A DNA stretch of 64,000 bases from Sminthopsis crassicaudata (taxonomy: Eukaryota), in the NCBI RefSeq assembly GCF_048593235.1, contig NC_133619.1, positions 649,800,558 through 649,864,557 of the forward strand, in the 5' to 3' direction. The notes under the pieces are model-generated. The model did no database searches. It was not told where the DNA came from and was given only the letters and a program-made list of their open reading frames with translations. Positions within the stretch are counted from its first letter, which is position 1, and each line of letters starts with the position of its first letter. The position numbers were made by a program, and so were the translations under genes. Below are positions 49,826-61,650 of the stretch, one piece after another.

Positions 49826-51126
49826 AAGTACGGCCTAGGTCAGCTTGCTCGTGGTCTTGGGGAGGGGGAAGGGAAGAGAACAGCCGGGGAACTCAGAGTC
49901 TGACAGAAATGTCAGGTGGGCTAAGAGGACAGGAAAATGCCGTGACCGACGCTGGAGGGGCTGTGGGAAAACGGGGCCACGGATGCATTGTGGGCGGAGC
50001 CGGGATGGGATCCAGCGGTTCTGGAGCAGTCTGGAACTGTGCCCAAACAGTCATCAAACGGTGCGTCCCCTTTGAGCCAGCAGTGTTTGTACCGGGGCTG
50101 TTTCCCAAAGAGATCTTCAGGGAGGGGAGGGGGAGGAGGAGGGGGGAGGGGGGAAGAGGGAGGGGGAGAGGGAACAGGAGGGGGACGGGGAGGGACCCGC
50201 CCGTGCAGGAACGCCCGGGGCAGCCCTTCTGCAGTGGCCAGAAGCTGGAAGCCCAGCCATGCCCATCGGCTGGAGAACGGCTGCATGGCCACTGGAGGAA
50301 CTGACGCTGAGGGAAATGGGCAGCGCCAGGAGGGGACTGTGCCGGCGACAACCAGAAGCAAGCCCCGGGCTCTGAGGGACCTGGCTCTCTGCAATGCGGG
50401 ATTCAGCCCGGCTGCACCTGCGCAGTGACGGGAGCCCTCTGCCCGCGGGGAGCGAACGTGGGAACAGCGGGAACACGGCAGTCTCCCTCATGTGCCTGCA
50501 TTGGGTTTTCCTTGTTTTTCTTTTCCTTCTTGATGGGGTTTTCTTGCACAAGAGAACTGTATATGGACCGTGTATGGGACCTACCGTATTTACCATGGAC
50601 TGACCTGCCTGCCAGCTGGGGGAGGGGGAGGGGAATTCGTGGAGCAGAAGGTTGTGCAGGGACCAGTGTTGGGAAAGTACCCCCCCCATGCTTTGTAAAG
50701 AGCTCAACAAAAAAGGGGAAAAATCGTCCAGAAACGAGCCCCTTCACATGCCCCGGCCCCATGTAGGTGGGAAAGAAGCCCAGGGCACCTCAGTGACCCG
50801 AGGTGGGGGCAGGGCTCCGGGCGCCTCCGAGGGCCCGCCCTGCTTGGAGGCATTGCCCCAAGACGGTGCCGGCTCCCTGGGGGCCCACCCACGGAGGCCC
50901 ACCCGAACCCCCGAGGCTAGGAAAGGGGGAGGGGGAGGACGGTGCCCCGTGCCCTGCTTAGAGCCCCCCGGAGGACAGTCTGAGGGGGGAATATGGAGGT
51001 GGGGGTGAGACAGGGGAGCAAGGCCCCAGGGTCCTGGGGGGGGCTGCCCGGTGGGGGACGCAGAGGCCGCAGGCGGGTGGGCGCTCCCGGACACACAGAC
51101 CACTCACGGGGCACCTTTGGGACACT

Positions 51127-52772
51127 TTATTCAGCGGGGGTGGGGGGTGGGGAAGGCGTCCATGCTGAGGCCCTTCCAGGCGGGGGCAGCCCTACGGACC
51201 AGCGGCTTTGCAGGAGAAGCAGCGCCAGGAGCGCGAGGCTGACTTGGGTCCAGCGACCAGTCCTGGGAGCCGCGGCCGCTGAGGGAAGGGAGAGGGGTGT
51301 GGGGACGGGGCGCCCCCGGGGTCCCCCAGCCCCCTCGTACCCCTCCCCCTGGGCCTCGCCCTCCCCCAGCCTCCTCCCCCCTCCCCCTGGGCCTCGCCCT
51401 CCCCCCGCCCCCCCCGCCCCCCCCTCACCATTCTCGCCCACGGTGATGGTCACCACGTTGCTGGGCAGGGACCACAGGTGCTGGTCGGTGGCGTTGTAGC
51501 CGTAGCACGTGTACTGCCCCGAGTCCTCGGGGCCCAGGTTGTGCACGTTGCGGTCCAGGATCAGCTCTATGCCCGACGCCACGTAGCTCCGGAAGTCCGA
51601 CACCCCCTTGATCACCAGCCAGATGATGAGCACGTCTCGGCCCGGGTAGCACTTGATGTTCACCGAGCCGCCCACCTTGACCTTGGTGGGCGTTATGACC
51701 AGGCGGGGGCTGGTGTAGAAGCCTGAGGGAGGGGGAGCTGGTCCGCCAAGGCCCCGCCCCTCCCCCTCTCTCCCTGGCGCCCTGTGGCTGGGGGTGGGGC
51801 GGGCGGGAAGGGTCCGGTGGGGGGCGGGGCCGGGTGATGGGGGGGAGTTCCTGGGGGGGGCAGTCTCAGAACTGGCCAGGTCCACCTGTGTGCACTGTCT
51901 GTGCTTGCCCTGCAGGTGCGTGGGGGGAGGGGCCGGGGCCTCCACTTCTCTCGGCCCTCCAGAAGTCTGCAGCTGAGGAGGTGGGGGGGGGAGGGAGAAG
52001 AGTGGGGGATGGGCCCGTTGGGGGGGGCTCACCAGAGATCACAAGGTCCAAGTGGGGGCTGGGGAAGGACCAGATGTCCGTGACCCGGTACTGGCAGAGG
52101 TACCTGCCCCCGTGCTCGGGCCTTATGGACGGGTGGTACATGTGGACCTCGTGCCCCGGGTAAATGGACGGGACCTCCTCTCCCCCAATATCCTCCTCTA
52201 AGTAGTCCATGCGGATCAGGCGGAAGTAGTCGGCGATCATGGGCGTGTAGCAGCTGATGGTGACGGGGCTGCCCACAGGGAGGATGTTGTGGGGCCGGAT
52301 CCTCAGCTCGGGTCCGGGGGTGCGGAAATCTGCACGAGGAGGCGGGAACCCGTGGAGGGGGGCAGGCGCCCCTGCCCCGCCCCTCCTCCCGGCCCTCCCC
52401 CTCCCTCCCCTCCCTCCTGGGCCCTTTCCCCTGCTCCCTTCCCCATCCCAGGCCTTTCCTCCCCCTCCCTGTCAGGACATCCCCTCCCCCGTCCGTTTCT
52501 CCCTCCTCCCCTCGGTGCAGTCTGAGGCAGGGCCCCACGCCGGGCACACAGCGGGCACCCGATGCCTGCAGCCTGGGGGGGGCACTCACAAAAAGCCTGG
52601 ATCCCGAAGCTCAGGCCCAGCCCTGGGAGAGAGGCAGCAGAGCCCATGAGGCTGGCTCCCCTCCCCTTCCCCTCCCTCTTCCCTTCCCCCCTCCTCCCCC
52701 CCTCCCCTCCCAGCCACACCCCAGGCCCAGACCCTTACTAAGGCAGAGCAGGAGCAGAAGTCTGGGCTCCAT
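51127..52772 (-). CDS. Gene E: near-identical paralog of C, 269 aa, C-terminus extended by a 1-nt insertion
   Basis: Exons 52772-52739, 52622-52590, 52329-52033, 51722-51429, 51278-51127. Ig translations match gene C. Tail reads ...LALLALLLLQSRWSVGLPPPGRASAWTPSPPPTPAE*, and the stop TAA lies inside the AATAAA at 51126-51131. Confidence 0.8.
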
Positions 52773-54184
52773 GCCGCCTCCAGGATGCTCTGGGCACGAG
52801 GTTGCAGGGGAGACAGGCTCCTCCCAGGAGGGAGAGTTCAAGGTCGGGTGGCTGGGCTGTGACCTGGAGGTGGTGGTGACCCCGCCCCGGGGCCCAGCTC
52901 CCGGTGTCAGAGTGCGCCTGGCTCTCATTGGTCCGATCCGCCCCTGTGGGATACCCTGTAACCCCTGTGATCTCCCGGGGTGAAGTCATGTGGGCCCCTC
53001 TGGGTGAGGGAAGGACCCCCTGCTTTAGAACTGGGCCCTGGGCCTCCTGGCACGGGGGAGGGGCCTAGGAGTGGGGGAGGGGGAGCCCTCCGGGGCGCCT
53101 CTGGGGGCGGTGGTCCCTGGCAGCCCGCAGAGTTCTGAGGGAGGGGCAGGAGGCGCTTGCTGAGCCCCGAGCCCCCCTGAGCCAAGGAGGAGCTTTCCTT
53201 TGCCCCCACACGGCAGGGCCCGAGCTCTGCGGCCTGGCAGGGAGCTCTGGGAGGCGGGAGAAGGGGGCAGCAGTGGGGAGTCACTGGCGGAGAGCTCAGG
53301 GTGGGGCGAGGGGCGGGCACGTGGCCCGGCATGGGGGGGGGGGCTTTTTCAGCTGGGGTCTTCCGCAGGCTCGGTGGGCCCGAGGCTGCGCGTGCAGGGA
53401 CTCTGGCTAGGTCAGAGCAGGGGCAGGCAGCGGTGGGGGGAGGGGAGGGCTCCCCTCTGGGCTTCTGGCCAAACTGGGAGTAGTTGCTGTTTCCATTCAT
53501 TGGGAGCCAGTTGGGGCCACGAGGCTGGGAGCTCTTCGTGGCCAACCGGGGAGAGCCCGAGCAATTGGGGTGAAGGTGATGTGGCCTGGGTGCCCCCAAA
53601 TGCTTGTGGTGGGGGTGGGAGAGGCAGCCTGGAGGGGCCAGTGAGGAGTGTTGGGGGCATGGGGGAAAGGCAGGGGGAGGAGGGACCCCGAGAGGGAAAG
53701 ACAAAGGAAAAGGGGGAAGAGGAGAGCGGGTTTGTTATGTGGGAAGCTGGCACTGGGTGGGGGCAGGGGCAGGGGCAGACCACCTGAGCTTAGAATCACT
53801 GGGGGGGGGTGTCGCTGCTGCCCACAGAGGAATGAGTCCAGGGTTTGTGGCTGCTGAAGGAGGGGAGGGATGGCATTGTTAATCTTGAGAGTCCTGGCGG
53901 GGGGATGCTGAGCCCTTGGGGTCCCAGAGATCTGCCCCCCACAGGCAAGGGCAGCCATAGGTGGGTGCAGCTCCTGACTGAAGCTGCTGTCACCTTGGAT
54001 GTTCCTGGGGAGACCACAGGGGCTCTGGGAACGTTCCTCCGGAGCATTGTGGGAACCTCCTGGGAGGCCATTGGAGCATCGTGACACCGTCTCCTTACTC
54101 CTGTATCATGGATGAGTCCTAACCGTGGCCCGTGCTCGGATGGGACCGTGGCAGACGTAGTCATGCCCGGGAAGTGTGCACGTG

Positions 54185-54460
54185 GGCACACGAACACACA
54201 GACACACACGCACACATGCACACACACAGGCACAGGTAGTATTCAGACACATCCACACCATCCACACCAAGCACAACAGACAGGCACACAGATACACACG
54301 CAGACACAAAAGCATGCGCACACACATGCACACACAGACACACACACACATGTACGATTCAGACACATACACGCCATCCACACCAAGCACAAGACACGCA
54401 TCAGTACACAGCACACACATGTAGTGTCCCCATGACCATCACATACACAAGCACACACAA
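54185..54460. repeat. Degenerate (CA)n tract
   Basis: Direct reading. Confidence 0.85.
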
Positions 54461-54721
54461 TACTCCCTCCGTGCATGTAGCTCCCCCCTGACTGCCCTAG
54501 GGCAGCCCAGGCACCTGAGGTGGCAGAGGGCCAGGGGGTGCCCACAGAGCCCTTCCCCCCCATTCCTCCACCCCCTGCATGCCCCAGGACGGAGACACTG
54601 ATGTGACATTGATGTGACATTGACCTCGCGTTTATTGCCTGTGCTTGCACCGGGGCTTTGGATGCTCTGGCCAGGGGCAGCGATCTCGGCCTTCTCCGCG
54701 CCCCGTCCGTCCGGTCCGGGC

Positions 54722-56222
54722 TCAGGACAGCAGCGTGCCCAGGGCCAGCAGGACCACCGGGACCATGATCCTCGCCGTGAGACTCTGGGATCGGGAGACT
54801 GAGAGACAGATTACCCATTAGGCCTCTGTTTCCCAGAAGCCTTGGAGCTATCCCATGTCCCCCATCACCTCTTAGCTAGGACCCTTCCTCTCCTTGCCCT
54901 TGAGCCCCCTCTCCTGGAGGAGTCTCCTGTCCAAGCCCACGACCTCCAGAGGTGGAGGAGAGAAGGGGCCGGGCTGAGCACCCACCTATGAGCAGCAGGG
55001 GTTCGCTGGGCTTTGACCACTTGAGGGGGTCCTTGCTGGAGTAGCCGATGCAGGAGTAGATGCCCGTGTGTTTGGCCTGGGCCTTGGGGAAGAAGAACTT
55101 GATCTCTGAGTTGGGGGCGAGCCGGTACATGGGCGGGATGAGCCCCTCGTCCTGGTACAGGATCAGCCGGTCCAGCTTCTCCTCTGACCAGCACTTAAAG
55201 GTCAGAGGCTTGCCCATGGTGGCATCCGGGCTGGGATCGGTCATGAGCTTGGGTTTGTGGAGCAAGCCTGTGGGAGAAGAGGGCTCTGTGTGGGCAGGGC
55301 GCCGCGATGCTGAGGGCCCCCGGGACTAAGTGGGGAACATCCCTGCATCCTGAGAGGAAGTGAAAAACGGGGAGAAGACAAGCAAAGAGGGGGCTAGAGA
55401 GAGGAAAAGGAGGGGAACAGAAAGGAAGAAGCACACACGGAGTCCCAGCGGTGTGCCAGGAGCCGTCCCGGGGGGCTTTTTGCAAGCATGAGCTCATTTT
55501 GTCTCCATTTTACCGGTGGGGAAACTGAGGCAAGGCCGGAGAGCTGCGGCCCCTGAAGGCCTCGGGCCCCTCACCCTCTTACCGGACACAGCCAGCCTCA
55601 CGCTCTCACTGGGCGGCGAGATGCCCGATGCAGACTGATAGGAGCAGCTGTAGTGGCCGCCCATGGTGTCACTCATATGGGGGAAGGAGAAGAGGGCCTC
55701 GTTCCAGATGGAGTGCTCCCTCTCCTCAAAGTCCTTGTCCTCCCTCTTCTGCAGGATGAACACCTGGGCCTCCTTGGGCCCCCGGCACCGGATGGACACC
55801 GGAAAACCCATCATGTTCACGGAGCCACTCTCCAAAATGATCTGGGGCCGGGGAAGGGTTTCTGGAAGGGAAGCAAATGCTGCTGGTCCAGGTGGCCCCC
55901 AGCATCTGGGGGGCTTCCGCCCCGCCCCCTCCCCCGTCTGGGCCTGCTGGGGAGACTCTCTACTCACCATTCTCTGCCCCGGTCTTCTGGCTCAGGTACA
56001 GGCCTGTTAAAGAGATCGGGTGAGAGGCCGCCCCCCAGAGCCGGCTCAGCCCCGGGGAAGGGATATGGCAGAGGGGTGAGTCCAGAGGGGTCTGGGGTCC
56101 CAGCCCTTCCGCCTCCTGCCCAATGGGGCTTCTAGGTCCCGGGGAGCCCGAGGTGACTTCGGGGGAGCCGGGGGTCGGGCTGACTTACCCAGCCAGAGCA
56201 GGGTGGGCAGCCAGGCGCCCAT
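54722..56222 (-). CDS. Gene F: LRC-type (LILR/OSCAR-like) 2-Ig protein, 235 aa, GPI-signal-like C-terminus
   Basis: Exons 56222-56189 (34 nt, MGAWLPTLLWLG), 56003-55968 (36 nt, LYLSQKTGAEN), 55861-55583 (Ig1, TLPRPQIILESGSV..VSIRCRG..GHYSCSY), 55267-54986 (Ig2, LHKPKLMTDPSP..TFKC..GIYSCIGYSSKDPLKWSKPSEPL), 54798-54722 (VSRSQSLTARIMVPVVLLALGTLLS*). 708 nt open. AATAAA at 54631-54636. Confidence 0.87.
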
Positions 56223-56297
56223 GGTCTGCAGCCAGGAAGAGGCAGAGCACGTGGCAACCACAGCAGGTCTCACGTGCAGAGCAGGAGCAGCTCTGCC

Positions 56298-56320
56298 ATT
56301 GGTCCTGCCTCCCCCACGTG
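56298..56320 (-). promoter_or_regulatory. Gene F promoter: E-box-N12-CCAAT module
   Basis: ATTGG 56298-56302, 12-nt spacer, CACGTG 56315-56320. Confidence 0.6.
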
Positions 56321-56973
56321 ACCCTGTGGGGGCTGAGCCAGGGAGATGGCCTAGGAACTGGGTCTCATCCGGGGCCCTCCAGGGCCCCCTTCTGGGCACC
56401 GAGGGGGGTGGGCTCGATGGCCTTTGGCGTCCCGTTCCACCCCATTTTGAGCCAGAGGAGTTTGCTCCTAGAGGCGATGGGGGCAGGGGTGGATGGGGTC
56501 GGAGTTTCCTTTAGGGAGGAGCGGTGGGCAGCCAGGTGGGCAGAAGCTGGGGCGGCCCCCACCATTCCTCCGCCGGGCAGAGGGCGCCAGCCCCGGGGAG
56601 CAGCGGCCCCGGGCAGGGCCCACCCTCCAGGCCCAGAGCCCGCAAGCTGAGGGCATCCACAAGGACTCTTCTTCCCTGCGCCGGTGGCCCGGTATCCGCG
56701 CACTGAGAGACCGGCCTGGCGTGGGGGCCCACAGGAACCCGATGGCCCCACGAGGCCGCGGACTCAGATGGGCTTCGGGACCGCTTGGAACCAGCCCGAG
56801 GAAGAGGGGGAAAACCATTGGCTGGGAACCCAGACGGGCCACGGGGCGTCGGAAGGGGAGAGCCCCGCCGCCCTGGGGGGAGGGCAATGCTGTCCAGTAT
56901 GGACCTCGGACTGCTTCAGGTCCAGGAGGGCGGGGCTCAATACCCTGTGGTCTCATGTCCAAGGGGGTGGGGG

Positions 56974-57825
56974 CTCAGACATCCTCCAATATCACGTGGG
57001 GGGGGCTCAGACACGCCCCAATATCATATCTGGGGGGCGGGCTCAGACACGCCCCAATATCACATCCAGGGACTCAGACGCGCCCCAATATCACGTCCAG
57101 GGACTCAGATGCGCCCCAATATCACGTCCAGGGGGCTCAGACTCGACCCAATATCACGTCCAGGGGGCCCAGACATGCCCCAATATCACATCCAGGGGGC
57201 TTAGACACAGCCCAATATCACGTCCAGGGGGCCCAGACACGCCTCAATATCACATCCAGGGGGCTTAGACACGGCCCAATATCACGTCCAGGGGGCCCAG
57301 ACACGCCCCAATATCACATCCAGGGACTCAGACACGCCCCAATATCACATCCAGGGACTCAGACACGCCCCAATATCACATCCAGGGACTCAGACGCGCC
57401 CCAATATCACGTCCAGGGGGTTCAGACATCCTCCAATATCACATCCAGGGGGCTTAGACACAGCCCAATATCACGTCCAGGGGGCCCAGACACGCCTCAA
57501 TATCACATCCAGGGGGCTTAGACACGGCCCAATATCACGTCCAGGGGGCCCAGACACGCCCCAATATCACATCCAGGGACTCAGACACGCCCCAATATCA
57601 CAACCAGGGACTCAGACACGCCCCAATATCACATCCAGGGACTCAGACACGCCCCAATATCACATCCAGGGACTCAGATGCGCCCCAATATCACGTCCAG
57701 GGGGCTCAGACTCGACCCAATATCACGTCCAGGGGGCCCAGACATGCCCCAATATCACATCCAGGGGGCTTAGACACGGCCCAATATCACGTCCAGGGGG
57801 CCCAGACACGCCTCAATATCACGTC
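56974..57825. repeat. 31-33-bp minisatellite (CAGACACGCCCCAATATCAC[A/G]TCCAGGG[ACT/GGCT]), about 26 copies
   Basis: Direct reading; starts about 750 bp upstream of the gene F ATG. Confidence 0.95.
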
Positions 57826-59501
57826 GGGGGCCGGGGCTCAGTCGCCCTGTGCTCCTGAGACAGCAGTTCTGGATGCTGAGACCGCCCTCCCTCCCTCCCT
57901 GCCTCAGCACCCAGTGCTGGCCCTGTCCCTCGGAGTCCTGCTTCCCTTCCAGGGATCCCCTGCCGTCCATCTCAGCGTTCCTGAGCCAGGGGCATTGTGG
58001 TCCCGGCGCCGTCCGGGCACTTAGCAGAACGGGCCCGGGCCGTGACCCGAGCCCGGGGGGCTGTGGATTCTGCGAGGCGGCGCCGCCCCACTGCCCCAGG
58101 GAAGGTGGCACCCCCAGGACCGGAGGGGGGGGATCTCAGCTGGGAGCGGAGAGGGGCCTGGGGCTCCTCCTTCCTCAGGACTCACGCCGTGCCCGGCCCC
58201 TGGCGGAGCTTTGTTCCCCTCTTGGAGTCTGTTCCCGAGAGAGCAGCCCCCGAGAGCGCCCCGCAGCCGGCACCCCGTTCTGCCCAGACGGGCCCAGCCA
58301 GGCCGGTGATCCCTGCCCCTGCACCCGTTGGCCAGTGCTAGACATTCCCCAGACACGCCCCCAGAGCTGTCCGGGGCAGACACGGAGCTGAGAAGGAGAC
58401 GTTTGCACTGGGCGGGCGGCCTCTGCCTCGGCTACCCGGAGGTGCCATCCGGGGTGGGCAGAAGACATTGCAGCAGTCAGGGACCGCTCCGGACAAAGGG
58501 ACGGGAAGAGAGGAGTTGAAAAAGCCAGTGGGAACACGGAAGGGCCTAGAAGGGGGGCCCCAAAGCTCTCCGCGATGGGGGGGCAGGGGGAAACGAGCCG
58601 GAGGAGGAGCCCGTGGAGAAGGATGTGGCTGCGGAGGAAGCTCTCGGGGAAAGTGGACGGTGTCCGCGGGGGAGGGGCGGGGGAACCCGAGAGTCTGGTG
58701 TCTGGCTTCTGATTTACCTCCTGGGAGCCGGGCAAGCACCTCCCCTCCCTGGGCTTCAGTTTGTCAAGTGAAGGGCTGGCCAGGCCTGATGGGGCCTGCT
58801 CTTGTCTTTCCTTTCGCTTCTTAATGCTTTTGTTAGCCTAGAGAAGCCTTGGGGGACATTCATCCTTCTGGGGGCTGCAATGATGTGGGGCTCAGAGCTG
58901 GACTCCTCGCCTCTCACTGATCCTTGGGGTGCAAGAGAGGGGCCAAAGGGTTTCAGTTCCGAGGGCGAGAGGAGGGACATAAGGGGGGGGGGGGGTGAGT
59001 GTGAAACCAGCTTCTTAGAAGGCCCCACAGGAGCTGGCTGAGCCCGGGCTTCTGTTTGGGAAGGAGAAGGAGGGGCTGGGGGGACATTAGGGGGCCCCAA
59101 GGAGCTTCCGCAACAGGACAGCTTCTCTCTTTGATGTGATGAGCTAGCCCTGGGCTTGGTCAAAGCTTAGGGAAGCAGAGGTCGGGCCCGAAGCGTCCTA
59201 ATGATGGGGCTCAGCTGGACATTGCAGAGGCTCAGGCCTGGCCTGAGTGAGGCACAGAGGGGCAACAGGCACCCGGGCCTAACAGCACAGNNNNNNNNNN
59301 NNNNNNNNNNNNNNNNNNNNNNNNNNNNNNNNNNNNNNNNNNNNNNNNNNNNNNNNNNNNNNNNNNNNNNNNNNNNNNNNNNNNNNNNNNNNNNNNNNNN
59401 NNNNNNNNNNNNNNNNNNNNNNNNNNNNNNNNNNNNNNNNNNNNNNNNNNNNNNNNNNNNNNNNNNNNNNNNNNNNNNNNNNNNNNNNNNNNNNNNNNNN
59501 N

Positions 59502-60527
59502 TAGGAAAGCCTCTATTTTACTGTATATTATATATGCACACACACATATATATATTTTAATATATCATGATATAGAGCTAAGCCTCTNNNNNNNNNNNNN
59601 NNNNNNNNNNNNNNNNNNNNNNNNNNNNNNNNNNNNNNNNNNNNNNNNNNNNNNNNNNNNNNNNNNNNNNNNNNNNNNNNNNNNNNNNNNNNNNNNNNNN
59701 NNNNNNNNNNNNNNNNNNNNNNNNNNNNNNNNNNNNNNNNNNNNNNNNNNNNNNNNNNNNNNNNNNNNNNNNNNNNNNNNNNNNNNATAATAAAGAGGGA
59801 AGCCTCTTTTGCTCTATCTATATTATATACATGTACATAATTATCTATAATATGTATTATAGATAATTATGCATATTATAACAGAGGGAAGCCTCTATTT
59901 TGCACTATATTATTTATAGATATAATTATATATAATGTAGTTTATATTATAACATAAAGGGTAGCCTCTTTTGCTCTATATCGTAAATATATATGTATAT
60001 ATTACATATAATATGTATTATAGATAATTATGCATATTATAAGAGAGGAAAGCCTCTATTTTGGTTTATATTACTTATATATATAAAATTATATATAACA
60101 TATATGATTTTATACATTATAATATAGAGGGAAGTCTCTGTTTTGCTCTCTATTTTATATATATATACACATATATATATATATATTATAGAGGGAAGCC
60201 TCTACTTTGCTCTCTCTATATATACATGTACAATTATATAAAACATATATATATTATATATTATAGAGGAAGCCTCTATTTTACTTTATATTATATATGC
60301 ACACACATATGTAATTATATATATATATATATAATTTTATATATCATAATATAAAGAGAAGCCTCTATTTTGCTCTATATTATATATAAATAATTATATA
60401 TTATAGATAATTATGCATATCATAATACAGAGGGAAGCCTCTATTTTGCTCTATATTATTTATATATATATATATAATTATATGTAACATAGTATATATT
60501 ATAACATAGAGGGAAGCCTCTATTTTG

Positions 60528-60559
<32 letters not shown>

Positions 60560-61650
60560 ATTATATGTAACATAGTATATATTATAACATAGAGGGAAGC
60601 CTCTTTTGCTCTATATTATAAATGTATATATTATATATAATATGTATTGTAGATAATTATGTATATTATAACAGAGGGAAGCCTCTTTTGCTCTATATTA
60701 TATATGTATATATTATATATAATATGTATTATACATAATTATGCATATTATAAGAGGGAAGTCTCTATTTTACTCTATATTATTTACATATATATGTACA
60801 TATAACATAGTATATATAACATAGAGAGAAGCCTCTTTTGCTCTATATTATATACATGTACATGATTATCTATAATATGTATTATAGATAATTGTGTATA
60901 TTACCAAAGAGGGAAGCCTCTATTTTGCTCTTTATTATTTACATATGTATAAGAATATATGAGTATATATTATAACAGAGGGAAGCCTCTTTTGCTCTAT
61001 ATTATTTATATATGTATAAGAATATATAACAGTATATATTATAACAGAGGGAAGCCTCTTTTGCTCTATATTATTTATATATGTATAAGTATATATAACA
61101 GTATATATTATAACAGAGGGAAGCCTCTTTTGCTCTATATTATTTATATATGTATAAGAATATATAACAGTATATATTATAACAGAGGGAAGCCTCTTTT
61201 GCTCTATATTATTTATATATGTATAAGTATATATAACAGTATATATTATAACAGAGGGAAGCCTCTTTTGCTCTATATTATTTATATATGTATAAGTATA
61301 TTTAACAGTAATATTATAACAGACGGAAGCCTCTTTTGCTCTATATTATTTATATATGTATAAGTATATATAACAGTATATATTATAACAGAGGGAAGCC
61401 TCTATTTTGCTCTATATTATTTATAGATATGTATATATAACATAGAGGGAAACCTCTTTCCTTCTATATTACATACATTACATACATGTACATAATTATC
61501 TATAATATGTATTATAGATAATCATGCATATTACCAAAGAGGGAAGCCTCTTTTTCTCTATAGTATTTACATATGTATAAGTATATATAACATAGTATAT
61601 ATTATAACAGAGGGAAGCCTCTTTTGCTCATATATATTATATATATAAAT
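59502..61650. repeat. AT-rich minisatellite with core AGAGGGAAGCCTCT(AT)TTTGCTCTATATTAT; regular 62-bp units near 60960-61400
   Basis: Direct reading; partly replaced by N. Confidence 0.92.

Noticed and set aside
54722-56222. Assigning a symbol such as OSCAR, GP6, LILR, TARM1 or A1BG
   Set aside because: The similarity is family-level only; orthology needs a phylogeny.
56493-57521. Repetitive ORFs (RHAPISHPG)
   Set aside because: Translation of the VNTR.
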